DNA of 64,000 nucleotides from Polyangiaceae bacterium (GTDB lineage Bacteria; Myxococcota_A; Polyangia; Polyangiales; Polyangiaceae): NCBI GenBank assembly GCA_965222375.1, contig CBDCTZ010000011.1, positions 128,001 to 192,000 of the forward strand, read 5' to 3'. Shown piece by piece: positions 19,969 to 29,665 of this stretch (position 1 is its first letter; each line of letters starts with the position of its first letter). The notes under the pieces were generated by a model. It saw only the letters and a program-made list of their open reading frames with translations, ran no database searches and was not told where the DNA came from. The position numbers and the translations under genes were made by a program.

Positions 19969-20334
19969 ATGGCGACTGTGACACCTATGCTGCGTGTTCC
20001 CGATATGCGTGAAGCGATTGCCTGGTACGAGGCGCTCGGTTTTCGGCTCACGTCCACGGACGCGGACATTCAAGATTGCGGCGAGATCGGATGGTGCGAG
20101 CTGTGCCTCGATGGCGCGGCACTCATGTTGAGGGTGGGCGCCCACAAAGACCAACACGAGCATGGTGACATCACGCTGTCTTTCGACGTCGACGACGTGG
20201 AGTCCCTGTTTGCGAAGGCCGCGCCCAGCAGCGAAGTCGTGTACCCGCCCCGCAAACAACCCTACGGTCGCCTCGACTTCGAAGTTCGGGATCTGAACGG
20301 CTTTCGCCTTCTTTTTGGCCGCGACCTCGAATGA
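19969..20334 (+). CDS. VOC family (glyoxalase/bleomycin resistance) protein
   Basis: TPMLRVPDMREAIAWYEALGF...PYGRLDFEVRDLNGFRLLF. Confidence 0.9.
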   Translation: MATVTPMLRVPDMREAIAWYEALGFRLTSTDADIQDCGEIGWCELCLDGAALMLRVGAHKDQHEHGDITLSFDVDDVESLFAKAAPSSEVVYPPRKQPYGRLDFEVRDLNGFRLLFGRDLE

Positions 20335-20996
20335 GCATCCCCCGTCGGAGCTTCGCGAACGGGAGTGGGTCCAAGCACGGCTTGCTCGCTGCGGTGTTGG
20401 TGGTTTCGTGCTCGCTGATCAACTGCGGCGGCGACACGGATGACGGCAAGGGCGCGGCGGGGGGCAGCGGCGGCGCGTCGAGTGGCGGCGCGTCGAGCGG
20501 CGGCGGTGGCACGACCAGTGGCGGTTCTGGCGGTGCAATCACCGGGGGCAGTGGCGGTGCGTCGACGGGCGGCAGCGGTGGCGCGGCTGCGGGTGGTAGC
20601 TCGGGTGCGGCCGGCAGCGGTGGCAGCGGTGCCGTGGGCAGTGTGAATTGCGGTGGCATTTCTTCGCCCCCGACCCAGTGCGCGCCTCAGGAGTACTGCT
20701 GCAGCGGCAAGTGCGTTCCCGATAGCGCAGCGTGCTCCGGTTACGCCTTCCAATGTGATGACGATGCTGATTGCCCGGGGCAGTTCTGTTGCGTCACCAA
20801 ACTCGGCAAGCTGGATGGCGGGCCTCAGGTTGCCCAGTGTCAAACGAGCTGTGATGTCGATAGCCAGCTCATCGTGTGCAATGCGCCTTTGAGTCCGGGG
20901 GGCTGCCCACCCGGCATGTCCTGCGAAATCACCGCGACCTTGCCGCCCAGCTACGGCTATTGTTGCCCGACTGGGCAGCCGTGTAGCGCGACCTAG
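20331..20996 (+). CDS. Lipoprotein with Gly-rich linker and Cys-rich domain
   Basis: LINCGG lipobox-like, G/S linker, CDDDADCPGQFCC motif. Confidence 0.75.
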   Translation: MSIPRRSFANGSGSKHGLLAAVLVVSCSLINCGGDTDDGKGAAGGSGGASSGGASSGGGGTTSGGSGGAITGGSGGASTGGSGGAAAGGSSGAAGSGGSGAVGSVNCGGISSPPTQCAPQEYCCSGKCVPDSAACSGYAFQCDDDADCPGQFCCVTKLGKLDGGPQVAQCQTSCDVDSQLIVCNAPLSPGGCPPGMSCEITATLPPSYGYCCPTGQPCSAT

Positions 20997-21036
20997 TGCG
21001 CCCATCGTCCGGACTCGGACTAGTCGGAAGACAAAC

Positions 21037-22098
21037 TTGAAGAAGAAGCAAGATGTCGCGCCCGATGAAGAGCGACTCAAGACCATTCTGAATTCGATGG
21101 TGGAGTCGGTATTCGTCACGGATGCCAAGGGCAAGGTGGTGTTGACCAACGCCGCCCTCGATGCTCTCAGCGCCGAGGACGTGCTCGGGCGACGTGCGAA
21201 GCACGTGATCGACAACAAGGAGCTTCGAACGGCAATTCGCCGAGCGCGCAAGCGAGACCAAGCCGCCGAAGTCGAGATCGAGGCGAACCTGGGCGGACGG
21301 GACCGCATCATGCAAGCACAGGTTTCGCCCCTGCCCGGAGGCAAAGGCGTGGTCACCGTGCTGCACGACGTCACGCGGCTGCGAGAGGCGGACCGAATTC
21401 GCCGCGACTTCGTTGCGAACGCCAGCCACGAGCTGCGCACTCCGCTCACGGCCATCCGGGCGTTTGCTGAGACTCTTCAAGACGGCGCGCTGGGCGATCC
21501 CGAAGTTGCGCGACGTTTCGTGGACAGAATAGTGCTCCAGACACTTCGTCTGCAATCTTTGGTCGAGGACTTGACCCGGCTATCCTCCGCAGAGTCTCCA
21601 TCGCCTGACGATGACTTCGAGACGACTGACCTTCGACTGCTCGTTTCGCAGAACGTTGCGCCGCTGGAGGCGGCCGCGGTGGAGAAGTCCATTCCGCTCC
21701 AAATCGAGCTCCCCGAGGTCCCGGTAGTCGCCGACGTGAGCCCTTCGGCCATCGAGCACATCCTGAGCAACCTGGTGGAGAATGCGATCAAGTACTCGCC
21801 GCCGCGGACGCCCGTGTTCGTGTCGCTTCAGACGGAGTCAGGCTACGCCGTGATGGAAGTTCGTGACCAGGGGCGGGGTATTTCGCCCAAGTACCACGAG
21901 CGGATATTCGAACGCTTTTATCGTGTGGACAAGGGGCGCTCTCGTGACGAAGGCGGTACCGGTCTCGGCCTGTCCATCGTGAAGAACCTGGTCGAGCGCA
22001 TCCAGGGTCGTATCGAGCTGCAGAGCGCGCCAGGGGAAGGCTCGCGATTCCGCATTTTTATCCCGATAGCTTCGGCGGACGACGACAGTCCGGCGTAG
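21037..22098 (+). CDS. PhoR-like sensor histidine kinase (PAS-HisKA-HATPase), no TM, no adjacent response regulator
   Basis: RRDFVANASHELRTPLT, NLVENAIKY, IFERFYRVDKGRSRDEGGTGLGLSIVK. Confidence 0.9.
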   Translation: MKKKQDVAPDEERLKTILNSMVESVFVTDAKGKVVLTNAALDALSAEDVLGRRAKHVIDNKELRTAIRRARKRDQAAEVEIEANLGGRDRIMQAQVSPLPGGKGVVTVLHDVTRLREADRIRRDFVANASHELRTPLTAIRAFAETLQDGALGDPEVARRFVDRIVLQTLRLQSLVEDLTRLSSAESPSPDDDFETTDLRLLVSQNVAPLEAAAVEKSIPLQIELPEVPVVADVSPSAIEHILSNLVENAIKYSPPRTPVFVSLQTESGYAVMEVRDQGRGISPKYHERIFERFYRVDKGRSRDEGGTGLGLSIVKNLVERIQGRIELQSAPGEGSRFRIFIPIASADDDSPA

Positions 22099-22245
22099 CT
22101 TTCTGCTCGAAAGACTGCGGCGCTGAGGTCGGCCCGCCGAGTGCCACGGACCGTGACGGCGCTCCGATGTCCGATTCTATCGAATGCGAAACTCCGCAGC
22201 CGGACGTAGCTTTAGGAGCGTCCCATCCCTGCGAGAGAGACAGTC

Positions 22246-23076
22246 ATGCGTACAACAGCCTTGAATATTTCACTACTCGGTTGCGGCTTGGCCGCAGCTC
22301 TCTTGATGAGCTGCGGCGGGGGAGAATCAACGGGAAGCGGCCCTGGGGCTGGCGGTGGCGGCGCTGTCGCCTCCGGCGGCTCTGCCGGCGCAGGCACGGG
22401 CGGAGCAGGCGGGGCCAACACTGGGGGCGCAGGTGGCTCGGGGACCGGGGGGAGCGCTGGCGCGGGAGGGTCGGGCGGGGTCATTTGCGCAGCAGGATCG
22501 ATCTGCCTCGAAGTAGCGATGATTCCTGGTCAGACCGCACCCACGGCTGCGGGTCGCCTCGGTGTGGTGTGGGTGGACGGCAGCGACCTCGGGAATTCCG
22601 CCAAGTGGCAGGTTGCCTACGACACGTCCTTTGGCCCAAGCGTCACCCAGTACGCGATTCCTCTGAGCGGGATTTCCGCTCCCTCTGCAGGCTTGGCCTA
22701 TTGTGGCTCGAGTGGCTGCTCGGGGTCGGCGCCGCAAGTGTTTCTGGGCACCATCGTAGCGGTTCGCGACGCCAACAAGAACGGCGCCATCGACATCGAC
22801 AGCGAGGTCGCCATCGCGGAGAAGATCGGCATCGCTCACGCGATCGTGGTCAACTCCCCGACCGACCACGGCAGTCCACCAACGCCCCTCGACCCGCTTT
22901 TCGGAGGAGCGATCAAGAGCGGCACGCATGTGTACGCGCTCGGCACGACAAGCCCCGTCAAGCTCGTGCCGAACGACGCCTCGCAGCCAATCGTCCTCAA
23001 CGCCTGCGGTGCGACGGACACGGCCTGCGGCGCTAGCCCCGAGATCCCCAACCCCTTCGCGAACCTATCCCTCTAA
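22246..23076 (+). CDS. Lipoprotein of unknown function with Gly-rich linker
   Basis: LMSC lipobox, G linker, beta-rich domain with EF-hand-like DANKNGAIDIDSE. Confidence 0.7.
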   Translation: MRTTALNISLLGCGLAAALLMSCGGGESTGSGPGAGGGGAVASGGSAGAGTGGAGGANTGGAGGSGTGGSAGAGGSGGVICAAGSICLEVAMIPGQTAPTAAGRLGVVWVDGSDLGNSAKWQVAYDTSFGPSVTQYAIPLSGISAPSAGLAYCGSSGCSGSAPQVFLGTIVAVRDANKNGAIDIDSEVAIAEKIGIAHAIVVNSPTDHGSPPTPLDPLFGGAIKSGTHVYALGTTSPVKLVPNDASQPIVLNACGATDTACGASPEIPNPFANLSL

Positions 23077-23113
23077 GTGATCGCCGCGTGACCACTCTGA
23101 CCAGGAAGACCCC

Positions 23114-24613
23114 ATGACCCCCTCGACTTCACCACTCAAAGAAACGAGCTTCGCCCGGCGCTCTCTGGCAGCCGGTTGGCTATTGGCTTTCTTCGCGCTG
23201 GCATGCAGCTCGGAGTCGCCACCAGCTTCGACCGAGCCCGCTGTCGCTGACGAGTACCTGAGCGCCTTGCCGTCCTGGACCGAGTTTTCACCCAAACTGC
23301 CTTCCCTGAGGCCAGCGCCGGCTGGTGCGACTGAAATCCTGCCACCGGAGAAGATCGACGTGCGCACGATCGGTGATGACGGCGTGGTTCAGGTCGTGCC
23401 CGACGTCGACTACCATTGCACTCAGACGCCCTATTCGGTGCAGGACACTCCCGACAAACTGGTGATGTACAGCCCGGATGTGGAGATCCTCTGGCCCGGC
23501 GCGCTTTTGCAAGGAAAGACCCATCGGGACGGCTTGGGCAGTCTGTTGGGACTGCCCATTGCCCAGCGTTCACCCGTTCGCATTTCCATTCCCGCGCTGC
23601 CTACCGGTGACAACTTCAGGGAGCTGAATAGCCCCAATCAAGCCACCGCCGCCGCCGCGATTGGCGAGATGATCGGGGCGGCCACGATTACAGCGCTTCC
23701 GACTCCAAGCGACATCACTTTCGAGATGCGTACGTCTTCCGAGGAGAAAGAGTTCGCGCTCTCCCTCGGCATTTCGGGCAACTACCTGAAGTTTTCGGGA
23801 TCGGCCAGCGGGGACTTCAGCAAGAACGCTTCGGAGACCACGGTGACAGCCCACTTCTTGCAGAAGATGTTCGAAGTCGTGGTCGAACCGCCGCAGACCC
23901 CAGGAGCTTTCTTCAGCCCGGAGTTCACTCAGGACAAGCTCGACGAACAGATTGCGCTGGGGAAGATCGGGCCCAACAACCTGCCCGTCTACGTCTCGAA
24001 CATCGTCTACGGCCGCATGATGACGTTCTCGTTCACCTCCACCGCGAGCGAACAAGAGATCCGGGGCACCTTGGAAGCCGCCTACAAGGTCGTCGTCGCC
24101 GGAGTGAGCGTCAATTTGACCGTCAAGCAGAAGAAGATCCTGAGCGAGGCCAAGATCGCGGTCACCTCCTTGGGCGGGGACGGCCAAGCGACGCTGGACC
24201 TGATTCGCTCTGGCGATTGGCGCGAGTACTTCTCGAAGGACGCACCGCTGTCCAGTGCGGCTCCGCTCTCCTACACCTTCCGCAACTTGGCTGATGGCAG
24301 CATCGCCGCGGTCACCGAGACGGCGAAGTACAACGTCAAGCAATGCAAAGCCGTTGCCGGCACCAGCTGCGCACAAATCGGCTGTGGGCCTGGCCAGACC
24401 TGTGAAAACAACCAATGCAAGTCGGAGCCCTCTGGAAGTGGCGTGGGGTGCGTACATGATGGTGTCTGCACCACGAAGGACGACTGCGTGTGCTCCGACT
24501 GCGAAACGAACAGTGTCTGCTCGAAGAACCTCTGCGACAACGACGGTGTCTGCAACGCCTTCATCGAGAGCTGCCTATGCGGCGACTGCCTGGCACACCC
24601 CGAGTGTCAATGA
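23114..24613 (+). CDS. Thiol-activated (cholesterol-dependent) cytolysin-like lipoprotein with Cys-rich C-terminus
   Basis: Lipobox ALAC; CDC core motifs LWPGALLQG, PVYVSNIVYGR, LGG, PLSYTFRNL; no ECTGLAWEWWR undecapeptide. Confidence 0.85.
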   Translation: MTPSTSPLKETSFARRSLAAGWLLAFFALACSSESPPASTEPAVADEYLSALPSWTEFSPKLPSLRPAPAGATEILPPEKIDVRTIGDDGVVQVVPDVDYHCTQTPYSVQDTPDKLVMYSPDVEILWPGALLQGKTHRDGLGSLLGLPIAQRSPVRISIPALPTGDNFRELNSPNQATAAAAIGEMIGAATITALPTPSDITFEMRTSSEEKEFALSLGISGNYLKFSGSASGDFSKNASETTVTAHFLQKMFEVVVEPPQTPGAFFSPEFTQDKLDEQIALGKIGPNNLPVYVSNIVYGRMMTFSFTSTASEQEIRGTLEAAYKVVVAGVSVNLTVKQKKILSEAKIAVTSLGGDGQATLDLIRSGDWREYFSKDAPLSSAAPLSYTFRNLADGSIAAVTETAKYNVKQCKAVAGTSCAQIGCGPGQTCENNQCKSEPSGSGVGCVHDGVCTTKDDCVCSDCETNSVCSKNLCDNDGVCNAFIESCLCGDCLAHPECQ

Positions 24614-24806
24614 GGCAGGTGTTGCTGGCTACGCCGCGGTGCTGCTTGGCAAGCGGCATCCGATCGTCTGAGACTTGACGGATCGCAGGTCTGCACGGGG
24701 GGAGCTGAAACCGCGCAGGCGAAACTGAAGAATCTCTTCCTCGCTACCTGAGGCTCGAGGGGATGCGTTTTGGGCAACCCCTCGTTAATTGCGCTACTCT
24801 GGGCGC

Positions 24807-25412
24807 ATGAAGACTTGGTTGCTTAGGCTTGGGGTTTTGGTGATGGGTGTCGCGTGCGGCGAGTCGTCCAGTGACGATGGCAGTGGAGGCGGTGGCGGCA
24901 GCGCCGCGGCCTCAGGCAGCGCGGGTAGTAGCGGCAGCGCCGGCAGCGGCGGAAGTGCTGGCAGCAGCGGCGGTAGTGCTGGCAGTGGTGGCGCTGCCGG
25001 TAGTAGCGGTGGAGCGGGCGGAGCCAGCGGCGGTGCGGGCGGAGCATCCGGTGGCGCGGCTGGCAGCGGTGGAGCCGGGGGCGTGGATTGCAACCCGAGC
25101 ACGGTAACTTGCAAGGTGGCCATACCGACCTGCCCCGTGGGGCAAGTGCCAACCGTCGAGAACGGTTGTTGGGGGAAGTGCGTGGGGATCCTCGAATGCG
25201 CCACCGAGAAAGATTGCTCGAACTGCACCACGGGCTTCTGCGCGAAGTACGAATCCCTCGTCACCGAGTACCGCTGCGTGATGCCCTCCTTGCAGTGCTC
25301 CGCTCTGGCCTGCTCGTGCCTGGCCCCCTACTTCTGCGTCTCTCCTTGGGACGTGTGCACCGACGCATCCACGGGTCCGGCAAAGGTCAGCTGCGCCTGC
25401 CCGGCATGCTGA
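24807..25412 (+). CDS. Lipoprotein with Gly/Ser linker and Cys-rich domain
   Basis: GVAC lipobox; GSAGSSG repeats; Cys-rich tail; TACTCT 6 nt before ATG. Confidence 0.78.
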   Translation: MKTWLLRLGVLVMGVACGESSSDDGSGGGGGSAAASGSAGSSGSAGSGGSAGSSGGSAGSGGAAGSSGGAGGASGGAGGASGGAAGSGGAGGVDCNPSTVTCKVAIPTCPVGQVPTVENGCWGKCVGILECATEKDCSNCTTGFCAKYESLVTEYRCVMPSLQCSALACSCLAPYFCVSPWDVCTDASTGPAKVSCACPAC

Positions 25413-25443
25413 GCTTCAGACACGGCCCGCGGCGTGTCGAAGG

Positions 25444-25914
25444 TCAACTGCGGATCTGCTCTGCCAGGTAGTTCTGCAGGCCCACCTGATCCATTAGCGT
25501 GAGCTCTGCCTCGAGCCAATCGAGGTGAGACTCTTCGTCCACGAGCATCTCTTCGAAAAGCTGACGAGTCCCGCCGTCCGCCTGTTCGATGCAGTAGTCC
25601 ACTGCTTCTCGCAGGCGCGCGATGGCGTGGCTGACCAACTCGTGATCTTTCTTGATTTGCGCCTCTACGGAGTCGATGGGCGTGACGGCTCGGGCGTCGG
25701 AAACTTTGGGCACGCCTTCCAGGAAGAAGATACGCTGCGCGATGCGTGCGGTGTGGGTCGTCTCTTCGCGTGAGTACTCTTCCTGCTTGTCGTGCAAGCG
25801 CCGGTAGCCCCAGTTGGCACACATAGCCGCGGCCAGCATGTACTGCTTGTGGCCGGTCAGCTCGATCTGTAGGTACTCGTTGAGGTAGTCGATGACCTTC
25901 GCGTCGCCCTTCAT
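25444..25914 (-). CDS. bfr: Bacterioferritin (atypical)
   Basis: MKGDAKVIDYLN...NWG...RIFFLEG...DEESHLDWLE...GLQNYL; Met52 replaced by Thr, Glu94 by Val. Confidence 0.92.
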   Translation of the reverse strand: MKGDAKVIDYLNEYLQIELTGHKQYMLAAAMCANWGYRRLHDKQEEYSREETTHTARIAQRIFFLEGVPKVSDARAVTPIDSVEAQIKKDHELVSHAIARLREAVDYCIEQADGGTRQLFEEMLVDEESHLDWLEAELTLMDQVGLQNYLAEQIRS

Positions 25915-25995
25915 GAGCACGACTTGTACTCCGGCGACAGGGCTTTCGACTTGCCCGACGTCAGGTCGCCGAGCTCGACACGTCCCGCATTTTCG

Positions 25996-27090
25996 CTATT
26001 TGCACTTGGGCGAGACGTCGGCCAGGGGTCGGCGGTCGACGCCGGAGCGATCGATGATGGCCAGGGGGCACTCCACCTCCGTGTACCGAAGGTTCGGGTT
26101 GTCCGCCACCTCGAACCAGTCCACGAACCAGTTACAGCCAGCGAGAAGATCTGCGTCTGAGAAGGTTGCGTTTTTGAAGACGGCTTGGCAGCGGTTCTTC
26201 AAGCAAGCTTTCACTTTGGCGTGGGTGTTGTTGCTGCCATCTTGTTTGCACGCGGTGAGGAATCCGCCGTACTGGGCGCCTAGCTGCTTCGGATCGGAGA
26301 TCTTCCACTGCTGGGTACAAGCATCGAAAGCACCCACGCCGCCACCGGGAATCAAGATGTCGAACTGGCCACCGGCGACGTCGTAGCCGATGTTCGTAGC
26401 TTGTACGACCATGGTCTTGCCCTTGAGTTTGGCCGAGCCCGGATCGTTGGCGTCGTAGTGCCCGGTGCCCTCGAATTCCAGCTGATAGCAACGGCCGCAG
26501 ATATCGCCGCTCGCCGGCACCGCAGCGAATCCGTAGGAAAGGGTGCCGCTCACCTGCCAGGGCCGCATGCTGAAGCAGGTGTGTGAGCTATTCGCGCCGG
26601 GCGTATCACACGCGCTCTTGGCGTTGTACTGGCCGGTTTGTGGGTTATCTGCCTGACTGCAGCTGGTCACCGGCTTCACTCCGGAAGGAACGTTGCCAGA
26701 CCAACCGCAATGCGCCTTGCAGCAATCCCAATAACGAGTGGAGTATCCTTTGCAAGCGTTCGGACCGAGGGGTCCACCTCCGCTGCCCCCGGTGCCGGCA
26801 CTGCCCCCGGTGCCCGTTCCGCCGCTGCCGCCTGTGCCAGGTGAGCCACCCGAGCTCGTGCCGGCGGTGCCGCTGCTGCCCCCGGTGTTGGCTGCGCCGC
26901 TGCCGCCCGTCGACGCGCCGCCTGTCGAGGCGTTGCCAGAGCCGCCAGTGGAGGCGTTTCCGGATCCACCGGTTGCAGAGCCAGCGTCGGTCGAGGACGC
27001 GGGGTCCGAGTCGCTTCCGCAAGCGACGATAGCCGACGCCGCGCTCACGACAGCGAGCAGGGCAATGGAACTGAGCGTTGTACGAACCAC
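25996..27090 (-). CDS. Glycoside hydrolase family 45 endoglucanase lipoprotein
   Basis: IVAC lipobox, G linker; STRYWDCCK, CGRCYQLEF, MVVQATNIG, FDILIPGGGVGAF, QYGG, GCNWFVDWF..ADNP. Confidence 0.92.
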   Translation of the reverse strand: MVRTTLSSIALLAVVSAASAIVACGSDSDPASSTDAGSATGGSGNASTGGSGNASTGGASTGGSGAANTGGSSGTAGTSSGGSPGTGGSGGTGTGGSAGTGGSGGGPLGPNACKGYSTRYWDCCKAHCGWSGNVPSGVKPVTSCSQADNPQTGQYNAKSACDTPGANSSHTCFSMRPWQVSGTLSYGFAAVPASGDICGRCYQLEFEGTGHYDANDPGSAKLKGKTMVVQATNIGYDVAGGQFDILIPGGGVGAFDACTQQWKISDPKQLGAQYGGFLTACKQDGSNNTHAKVKACLKNRCQAVFKNATFSDADLLAGCNWFVDWFEVADNPNLRYTEVECPLAIIDRSGVDRRPLADVSPKCK

Positions 27091-27276
27091 AGGGCCTCCA
27101 GGGGGATCTCGAGCCTGTCGACTCTAGCCTCAACCACCTCGTCAGGGTGCTCGCGGGTCGCTCCGGATTTTTCTCAATGCTTCCGCCGCGCTAGCGGCAG
27201 CGCGTGACGAGGGCTCGCGGGCATGCTGCCCCGCCCCCAAAAACCAAACCCTGGCAGATCCGCTAGAATGCGCGGC

Positions 27277-28671
27277 ATGCACCGACGGATCTGGGCTGGC
27301 TGTCTAGCGCTGCTTTTGGCGTTTAGCTGCGGGGATGACGAGAGCGGTTCAAAGCCGTCCAACGCTGCCGACGCTGGCGCGGATGTCGACCCGGACGCCG
27401 CCGAGCCATGTCCGACGGCTCCGGACATCGACGAAACACCGGCGCCGGATCCAGGTGCGCCGGAAGCGCCGCCGACATTGGACTGCGGTTCACCGACTTT
27501 CGAGACAGGCGGCGTATTGCGCCGCTACCCGTACTTGCAGAGCGTGACCCAGACCACGGCCATGGTGGCCTGGACCGCGAAAGCGGGGACCAGTGCTGGC
27601 AAGGTCTTCTTTGGGCCGAGCAAGGATGGACCGTGGACCGAGTTTTCGGCGGCCAGCGAGGTTTTCGACATGGCGCGCACCGGGGACACGGAAGACTACG
27701 TGGCTTTTGCGGCGGCGGTGACGGGGCTCGAGAAGAACAAGGCCTACTGCTATCGGGTCGAAAACGAGGGGACTGTCGTCGCGAGCGGCCTCAAGGCGGA
27801 AACCGCTTGGGACGGCACGAAACGCCCGGTGCGCATTCTGGCCTTTGGCGACAGCGGCAACGCCAGTCCGGAGCAGGCCGCCCTGCGTGATGTGTTCATG
27901 AAGCGGGAGTTCGACGTGTTCCTGCACCTGGGCGACATGGCCTACGGCTCGGGCACCTTCCCGGAGTTCGAGGAGAGAGTGTTTCAGGTGTACCGGGACT
28001 TCATGCACCGCGTGCCCAGCTTTCCCACGCCGGGCAACCATGAATACAAGACGAAAAGCGCCCAACCCTACTTGGACGTCTACTACCTATTCGAACAAGC
28101 ACTGCGCGCTCGGGACCAGGAGCGCTACTACAGCTTCGACTACGGCAATGTGCACTTCGTGTCCCTGGACTCGAACAGCGAAATGCTCATTCCCATCGGT
28201 CTGGACGTCTCCAACACTGCCGAGGATGACATGGTGGATTGGCTCGAAGCCGATCTAGCGGGGAGCAGTGCGGACTGGAAGGTCGCCTTCTTTCACCATC
28301 CGCCCTGGAGTCGTTACGAGGATCGAAACGACAACCACGGCCTGATCAACATCGTGCTGCCGGTGCTCGAGCGGCATGGAGTCGATTTGGTCATGGTGGG
28401 GCACGACCACCACTACGTGCGGACCTTCCCGGTGCGCGGCCAATGCCAGGTGCCTGGTGGCACGGGCGCGATCCCCTACATCATCGTGGGTAGCGGTGGC
28501 ACGGGCCTACATGATTTCGAAGATCCCGACGATTGGTATCAAGCCGCTGGCCAAGACACGAGGCACGCTTTCCTGAGCTTCACTATCCACGGCTGCAAAG
28601 GCGTCGGCGAAGGCATCGACATTGACGGCAAGGTTTTCGACAACTTCGAAATCAACGGCTGCGCCAACTGA
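27277..28671 (+). CDS. Purple-acid-phosphatase-like metallophosphoesterase lipoprotein
   Basis: AFSC lipobox, FN3-like N domain, FGDSG, GDMAY, GNHE, HHP, GHDH; TAGAAT 7 nt before ATG. Confidence 0.9.
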   Translation: MHRRIWAGCLALLLAFSCGDDESGSKPSNAADAGADVDPDAAEPCPTAPDIDETPAPDPGAPEAPPTLDCGSPTFETGGVLRRYPYLQSVTQTTAMVAWTAKAGTSAGKVFFGPSKDGPWTEFSAASEVFDMARTGDTEDYVAFAAAVTGLEKNKAYCYRVENEGTVVASGLKAETAWDGTKRPVRILAFGDSGNASPEQAALRDVFMKREFDVFLHLGDMAYGSGTFPEFEERVFQVYRDFMHRVPSFPTPGNHEYKTKSAQPYLDVYYLFEQALRARDQERYYSFDYGNVHFVSLDSNSEMLIPIGLDVSNTAEDDMVDWLEADLAGSSADWKVAFFHHPPWSRYEDRNDNHGLINIVLPVLERHGVDLVMVGHDHHYVRTFPVRGQCQVPGGTGAIPYIIVGSGGTGLHDFEDPDDWYQAAGQDTRHAFLSFTIHGCKGVGEGIDIDGKVFDNFEINGCAN

Positions 28672-28728
28672 AGGCGCGGCCGCGCCAGGCTGGCTTGAAG
28701 CGCCAGTGCGGCCTGGCTGCGCGTCGGG

Positions 28729-29604
28729 TCAGATGCACTTGCCGGACGGCAGCTGGCATTTCTTGCCAGGCTTGCAGGGGCAGTAGATATCGACCTTGTT
28801 GCTGCCGTTGCATGGCGCGTTGACGATGCAGGTCGTCGCTCCATCGCAGAAACCAACGACGCATGACTCGCAGGTGTGCGTCGTGTTGTTGCAGATTTCT
28901 CCAGGGCCGGTGCACTGCTTGGGGCACACGACCGTTCCGCCACAGCCGTTGTCCTTGACGCCGCATTCGCCCGCGCCGCACACGTTGGCCAGGGGCGTGC
29001 AACCGCAAACATTGGGCACAATGGCGCCACAACTATCCACGCCGGTGCAGGTTCCGCAGTTCAGCGTGCCACCACAGCCGTCATCCACGTTGCCGCAGTT
29101 CTTGCCGAGCGTGAGGCAGGTGTCGGGAGTACACCCGCATACGTTTGGCAAGCCGGCGCCACCACAAGTCTCCGGTGAAGTGCAGGTTCCACAGTTCAGT
29201 GTCTTGCCGCAGCCGTCAGAGATGGTGCCGCAGTTCGCACCCTCGCTGGCGCAAGTCTTCGGGACGCAGGGTTTGTCGCCGCACTGGTTGGGGCCGCCAC
29301 CGCCACAAATCTCGTTGGGCGCGCAGCCGCCGCAATTGCGAAGGCCGCCGCAGCCGTCGGGCGCCTGACCACAGGTTCCCGGGGGGCATTCCGTCACGCG
29401 CTGGCAGCCACACTCGTTTGGCTTGCCGCCGCCACCGCAGGTTTCGGGGGCTGAGCAACTGCCGCAGTTGAGTGTCGCGCCGCAGCCATCACTGGCAACG
29501 CCGCAGGTAGCGCCCAAGGCGGCGCAGGTGGTCGGGTTGCATGAGTTGGTCCCGCACTTGTCCAAAAACACGCTTCTCAGGCGTCGGCCTGACCGTCCTC
29601 CCAT
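28729..29604 (-). CDS. Cys-rich repeat protein (5 repeats), paralog of 29666-30752, lacking a signal peptide
   Basis: Units C.P.TC...G..CG...DGCG..L.CG.C...E.CGG.G.PN.CG; C-terminal domain shared with the paralog. Confidence 0.75.
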   Translation of the reverse strand: MGGRSGRRLRSVFLDKCGTNSCNPTTCAALGATCGVASDGCGATLNCGSCSAPETCGGGGKPNECGCQRVTECPPGTCGQAPDGCGGLRNCGGCAPNEICGGGGPNQCGDKPCVPKTCASEGANCGTISDGCGKTLNCGTCTSPETCGGAGLPNVCGCTPDTCLTLGKNCGNVDDGCGGTLNCGTCTGVDSCGAIVPNVCGCTPLANVCGAGECGVKDNGCGGTVVCPKQCTGPGEICNNTTHTCESCVVGFCDGATTCIVNAPCNGSNKVDIYCPCKPGKKCQLPSGKCI

Positions 29605-29665
29605 TGGTCTGGGTTAGCTCAAGGTGGCTCCAGAGGGCAGTCGAGACACGATTCGGCCGGGCGGG

